DNA of 64,000 nucleotides from assembly GCA_964520075.1 (NCBI GenBank), contig CAZFMN010000002.1:7253-71252 (forward strand), given 5' to 3'. Of this stretch, positions 59,634 through 64,000 are shown one piece after another; within the stretch, counting starts at the first letter, position 1; each line of letters starts with the position of its first letter. The notes beneath the pieces are model-generated. The model had not been told where the DNA came from and did no database searches. It worked only from the letters and a program-made list of their open reading frames with translations. Origin of the DNA: an uncultured Halobacteriales archaeon (GTDB lineage: Archaea > Halobacteriota > Halobacteria > Halobacteriales > Haloarculaceae). A program made the translations under genes and the position numbers.

Positions 59634-60566
59634 TCACACCGGGGGTTCCGGGGTGTCACCCGGGGCCGTGAGTCGGCGGACCGCGTCGTCGTTCACCGCC
59701 TCGAACTCGCCGTCGAGGTCGGGGTCGACCAGCCCCGCGAACAGTTCCAGCGTGTCGAGGAGTCGCGGACCGGGTCGGTTGACGTACTCGTGGCCGTCGA
59801 CCAGGTAGACACGGCCCTCGGCAACCGCCGTGAGGTCGGCCCAGCCCTCGCGGTCGGTCAGGTCCGCGGCGTTCTCGACGGTCTGTTCGATGTCGAACCC
59901 GCAGGGGGCGGCGACGAGCACCTCGGGGTCGTAGGCCCGGATGTCGGCCCACTCGCGGGGGCGGGAGCGGTCACCGGGGTCGGCGAGTCCGTAGCTCCCC
60001 CCGGCCTGCTCGACCATCCCGGGTATCCAGTGCCCGGCGACCATCACGGGGTCCATCCAGTCGAGCACCGCGACACGGGGACCCGCTGTCGGTGTCGCCC
60101 GCTCGACACGGTCGACGCGCTCGCGGAACCCGGCCAGCAGTTCGCTCGCGCGCGCCTCGCGACCCAGCACCGCGCCGAGCCGTTCGAGGTCGTCGAACAC
60201 GTCCCCGAGACTGTGCGGGTCTGTCGACACGACCTCGGCGTCGAGACCGAGTTCGTCGACAGCCCGGCGGATGCGGGAGTCGTCGACCGCACAGACCTCA
60301 CAGATCCCCTGTGAGACGACCACGTCCGGGTCGAGCGCGCGCAGACGCTCGCGGTCGATACTGTAGACCCCGCCCGACCCGACGGCCGCGTCGACCTGTT
60401 CGTCGATCTCCTGGCTGGAGGCGTCGGTATCGATGCGCGAGTGCACAACTGTCGGCTGCTCGCGTGCCCGTGGGGGGTAGTCACACTCGTGAGAGACCCC
60501 GACCGGTTCGACACCGAGCGCGTAGCAGAGCTCTGTCGCCGAGGGAAGCAGGGAGACGACGCGCAT
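59634..60566 (-). CDS. Cobalamin/Fe-siderophore-type (BtuF-like) binding protein without signal peptide
   Basis: RVVSLLPSATE, VGVSHECDYP, NRPGPRL. Confidence 0.85.
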   Translation of the reverse strand: MRVVSLLPSATELCYALGVEPVGVSHECDYPPRAREQPTVVHSRIDTDASSQEIDEQVDAAVGSGGVYSIDRERLRALDPDVVVSQGICEVCAVDDSRIRRAVDELGLDAEVVSTDPHSLGDVFDDLERLGAVLGREARASELLAGFRERVDRVERATPTAGPRVAVLDWMDPVMVAGHWIPGMVEQAGGSYGLADPGDRSRPREWADIRAYDPEVLVAAPCGFDIEQTVENAADLTDREGWADLTAVAEGRVYLVDGHEYVNRPGPRLLDTLELFAGLVDPDLDGEFEAVNDDAVRRLTAPGDTPEPPV

Positions 60567-60607
60567 ACCGCCAGTTCGGGCGCCGTCGGCTTAACGTGTC
60601 CGGCCGG

Positions 60608-60901
60608 TCACAGCGAGAACCGGTCGCGGAGCTGTTCGAAGATATCCTCCCCGGTCTCGGCCGCTCCCGGGCCGACGACGAACTCCTCGACGGTGATGAC
60701 GGTCCGCCCGCCGTCGGTCGACACCTCGATGAGAGCGTCCGACTTGAGATTCGCCAGGGCGTCCTCGAGGCTGTCGATGTCGGCGTCGACCGCTGTCCGT
60801 ATCGCCAGGACTGTCATACCGTCGCCGTCGCGCTCGGCGAGCGCGTCGAGCACCGCCACCTCGGTCTCGTCCCGGTCACGGTACTCCGGTTTCGCTCGCA
60901 T
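60608..60901 (-). CDS. Small wHTH-like hypothetical protein (DUF6432-like)
   Basis: YRDRDETEVAVLDAL...GMTV...LEDALANLK. Confidence 0.75.
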   Translation of the reverse strand: MRAKPEYRDRDETEVAVLDALAERDGDGMTVLAIRTAVDADIDSLEDALANLKSDALIEVSTDGGRTVITVEEFVVGPGAAETGEDIFEQLRDRFSL

Positions 60902-60948
60902 CACCGTACTGTACGTGAGCCGTCGTCTTATAGTTCGCGGCCGGACTC

Positions 60949-61878
60949 TCACTCGGCGTCGAACAGACCGGTGCTCAGATACCGCTCGCCGGAGTCCCAG
61001 TAGACGGTGACGACCAGCGGGTCTGACCGGTCACCCCGGATACGCCGGGCGACCCGCTTTGCGGCGAGATTCGACGCGCCGGAGGACTGCCCGACCAGCA
61101 CCCCCTCCTCGCGGGCGAGTCGCCGACACTCCCGCTCGGCCGCCCCGACGGTGACAGTCTCCACCGCGTCCAGCAGGTCACGGTCCGTGTTCTCGCTGAC
61201 GAAACCCGGCCCCATCCCCTGGAACTCGTTCTCGCCGGCGGAGTCACCCGACAGCACCGCGCTCGCTGCGGGTTCGACCGCGACGACCCGCATCTCGGGA
61301 AACACCTCGCGGAGGCGCCGACCCGTCCCGGTGAGTGTGCCACCAGTTCCCACGCCAGCCACCAGCGCGTCGACCGTCCGGTCACCGACCTGGTCGAGTA
61401 TCTCCGGCCCCGTCGTCCGGTAGTGTGCCGCCGGGTTCGCGCCGTTCTCGAACTGTCGCAACTGGACGTATCCACGCTCTCGTTCGAGTCTGTCCGCGCG
61501 CTCGCGGGCGACCGAGATATCCCCCGCGACGAGTTCGAGGTCGGCACCGTAGGCCCGCATCAACCGGCGGCGCTCGGCCGACTGGCTCTCGGGCATCACC
61601 AGCACCACGTCGTACCCCTTTGCCGCGCCGACCATCGCCAGTCCGATGCCGGTGTTGCCGCTCGTCGGTTCGACGAGCGTGTCACCGGGTTCGAGTTCGC
61701 CCGCCTCCTCGGCGGCCTCGACCATCGACCGCACCGGCCGGTCCTTTGCCGACCCGCCGGGGTTGAACGACTCTATCTTCGCCGCGATTGTCGTTCCCGC
61801 CGGGCTGTCGACGCTCACGAGCGGCGACCCGATGGTGTCGAGGATGCTCTCTCTCACTGTCTCGTCGTACGTCGTCAC
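60949..61878 (-). CDS. cysK: Cysteine synthase family PLP enzyme
   Basis: NPGGSAKDR, EPTSGNTG, GVGTGGT, DSGERYLST. Confidence 0.9.
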   Translation of the reverse strand: MTTYDETVRESILDTIGSPLVSVDSPAGTTIAAKIESFNPGGSAKDRPVRSMVEAAEEAGELEPGDTLVEPTSGNTGIGLAMVGAAKGYDVVLVMPESQSAERRRLMRAYGADLELVAGDISVARERADRLERERGYVQLRQFENGANPAAHYRTTGPEILDQVGDRTVDALVAGVGTGGTLTGTGRRLREVFPEMRVVAVEPAASAVLSGDSAGENEFQGMGPGFVSENTDRDLLDAVETVTVGAAERECRRLAREEGVLVGQSSGASNLAAKRVARRIRGDRSDPLVVTVYWDSGERYLSTGLFDAE

Positions 61879-61915
61879 GAGATAAAAGCCGGACTACTCG
61901 ACCCGACGTGGGCAG

Positions 61916-63067
61916 TCAGTCGTTTTTTCCGTTGAAATTGTCGCCCTCGCCGTCGAGCAACTCGTCTGGGTCCTGTATGTCGGCGGTCGTGTCGCCCTGT
62001 TTCACCTTCTTTGCCTCCTCTTCCATCTCCTCGAGGTCGACGATCTCGTCCTCGTCCTCGAGTTCGCCCAGGATCTCCTGGATGTCGTCGAGACCGAGCA
62101 TCTCGCGGGTCTCCTCGTCGAACTCGAGGCCCTCGAGAACGTGGCCGTTCTCCTTTGCGTCACTGCCCTGGAGGTGCTTGCCGTACCGGCCGACCAGCGA
62201 GGTCAACTCCTGTGGCAGGACGAACTTCGTGGACTCGCCCTTTCCGATCTCCTCGAGTGTCTCCATCCCGCGCTCGATGACGGCGCGCTCGCCCATCGAC
62301 TCGGCGGACTTCGCGCGAAGCACCGTCGAGATGGCGTCTCCCTGTGCCTCGAGGATCTGTGACTGCTTCTCACCCTGTGCACGGATGATCTGGGACTGCT
62401 TGTCACCCTGTGCTGCCTCGATGGAACTGCGGCGCTCACCCTGTGCCTCGAGGATCATGGCACGACGGCGGCGCTCCGCGGAGGTCTGTTGCTCCATCGC
62501 CTGCTGGACATCCTTCGAGGGGTTGACCTCGCGCACCTCGACTGACTCGACACGGATCCCCCACTCGTCTGTCGGTTCGTCCAGTTCCGTCCGGATCTTC
62601 GAGTTTATTTCCTGTCGCTTGTTCAGCGTATCGTCCAGGTCCATATCGCCCAGCACCGCACGCAGTGTGGTCTGTGCCAGGTTCGAGACCGCGTTCTTGT
62701 AGTTGTCGACCTGGAGGAACGCCTTCTGTGCGTCCATCACCTTTATGTAGACAACGGCATCGGCGGTCACCGGCGAGTTGTCACGGGTGATCGCCTCCTG
62801 CCGGGGAACATCGAGGGTCTGGGTCCGCATGTCGAACTTGTAGGTCTTCGTGACGAACGGCAACACGACGTTCGGACCGGGTTCGAGCAACCCCTGGAAC
62901 TTCCCGAAGCGTGTGTACGCGCGCTTCTCGTAGGCACGCACGATGACGATACTCTGGTAGGCCGTCACCACCGCGACGAGGAGTCCGATGCCGAGCACCA
63001 ACTCGAACACCCCGGGGCCGGAACCGGACTGGAGGATACCGGCAGTCTGTAGCGCTTGGTCAATCAT
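61916..63067 (-). CDS. SPFH (stomatin/band 7) domain protein
   Basis: N-terminal TM, ITRDN, QTTLRAVLG, WGIRV, AQG coiled-coil repeats. Confidence 0.92.
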   Translation of the reverse strand: MIDQALQTAGILQSGSGPGVFELVLGIGLLVAVVTAYQSIVIVRAYEKRAYTRFGKFQGLLEPGPNVVLPFVTKTYKFDMRTQTLDVPRQEAITRDNSPVTADAVVYIKVMDAQKAFLQVDNYKNAVSNLAQTTLRAVLGDMDLDDTLNKRQEINSKIRTELDEPTDEWGIRVESVEVREVNPSKDVQQAMEQQTSAERRRRAMILEAQGERRSSIEAAQGDKQSQIIRAQGEKQSQILEAQGDAISTVLRAKSAESMGERAVIERGMETLEEIGKGESTKFVLPQELTSLVGRYGKHLQGSDAKENGHVLEGLEFDEETREMLGLDDIQEILGELEDEDEIVDLEEMEEEAKKVKQGDTTADIQDPDELLDGEGDNFNGKND

Positions 63068-63179
63068 TGCGTTCTTACTTCGAGACGACGGGTAAAAAGC
63101 CTTTCAGTCATCTGGCCAATCGGGCCACAGCCGTCCGCAGCCTTCGATTATCGCCCGGTCGAGGTCCGCGACGCGACCG

Positions 63180-64000
63180 TCAGTACCAGTCGAGATCGGC
63201 GACGAAAGAGCGCAGCATCGAGCGGGTGACGTGTGGCATACAGACGATGCGCAATTCGTCTGCGCCGGTCTTGGAGACGCGCCAGCCCCGGTCGCGGAGT
63301 TCGTCGGTCATCGGCACCGACAGGTTCGCCGCGACGAGGGGCAACTCGGGGCCGAACACCTCGTGACCGCGGACCGCGAGGGCGTCGGCGACCCACTCGG
63401 CGTTCGCCATCGCGCGGTCGTACTGCTCGCGGTAGCCCGCCGGCCAGAGCGCCTCCATCGCCGCGACGGCGCTCGCCACACCCGCCCCGCTGCGTGTGCC
63501 GGTCAGGGTGACCTGCGAGGCCGACTCCAGATACGGCGTGTCGATCGCGAGTTCGTCGAACAGACTCCGGTCACGGGCGAGCAGACCGCCGGCCGGCACC
63601 GCCGCCCTGCCGACCTTGTGCGGGTCGATTGTCATCGTGTCGATGTCGGCGTGTGCGAACTGCCAGGCGTGGTCAGTAAAGGGCAGGTAGAACCCGCCCC
63701 AGGCGGCGTCGACGTGACACAGCGCGCCGGCGTCGGCCGCAACCTCCGCGAGTGCGGGTATCGGGTCGACAGCACCGTACTCGGTCGACCCGGCGACACC
63801 GACCACCGCGACGGTATCCGTATCGACGAGCCGTTTCGTCGCCTCGATGTCGGCACGGTGGTCGACGGTCGGTGCCGTCCGCAGTTCGACGCCGAGCACC
63901 TCCGCGGCCTTCCGGAAACTGAAGTGTGCGCTCGCCGGCGCGACGACGTTCGGGTCGCCGGTGTCGGCGCGGTTGCGGGCGATACGCACCGCCTGGATGT
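63180..64000 (-). CDS. mfnA: L-tyrosine/L-aspartate decarboxylase MfnA (5' end outside window)
   Basis: [32 protein letters not shown]. Confidence 0.88.
   Translation of the reverse strand, partial: IQAVRIARNRADTGDPNVVAPASAHFSFRKAAEVLGVELRTAPTVDHRADIEATKRLVDTDTVAVVGVAGSTEYGAVDPIPALAEVAADAGALCHVDAAWGGFYLPFTDHAWQFAHADIDTMTIDPHKVGRAAVPAGGLLARDRSLFDELAIDTPYLESASQVTLTGTRSGAGVASAVAAMEALWPAGYREQYDRAMANAEWVADALAVRGHEVFGPELPLVAANLSVPMTDELRDRGWRVSKTGADELRIVCMPHVTRSMLRSFVADLDWY

Overview
High-GC chromosomal segment of a halophilic archaeon (class Halobacteria; acidic proteins, mostly leaderless genes with TATA-like boxes ~25-30 bp upstream). It is mostly housekeeping: gatA, uvrA, aIF-2beta, thrB, nth, srp54, cdc6/orc1, aIF-1A, gltX, cbf5, cmk, cysK, partial mfnA. 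No rRNA, tRNA, CRISPR, transposase or integrase was recognised. Notable features: (1) a small gene at 23526-24002 (-) fusing an aIF5A-like N-terminal domain (GKHG loop, Lys36) to a cupredoxin-like domain, divergent from an S9 peptidase homologue that has lost its catalytic Ser and His; (2) a B12-dependent ribonucleotide reductase with four inteins (about 1652 of 2719 aa), one carrying a tandem-HTH insert and an apparently damaged endonuclease motif; (3) a 23-codon uORF overlapping the nrdJ start, with an ORB-like element further upstream; (4) a ~1750-aa P-loop NTPase/TPR protein with a recent internal duplication; (5) a lower-GC transport cluster at ~36.8-45 kb with two paralogous APC permeases. 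All family calls come from motif recognition by eye; no searches were run.
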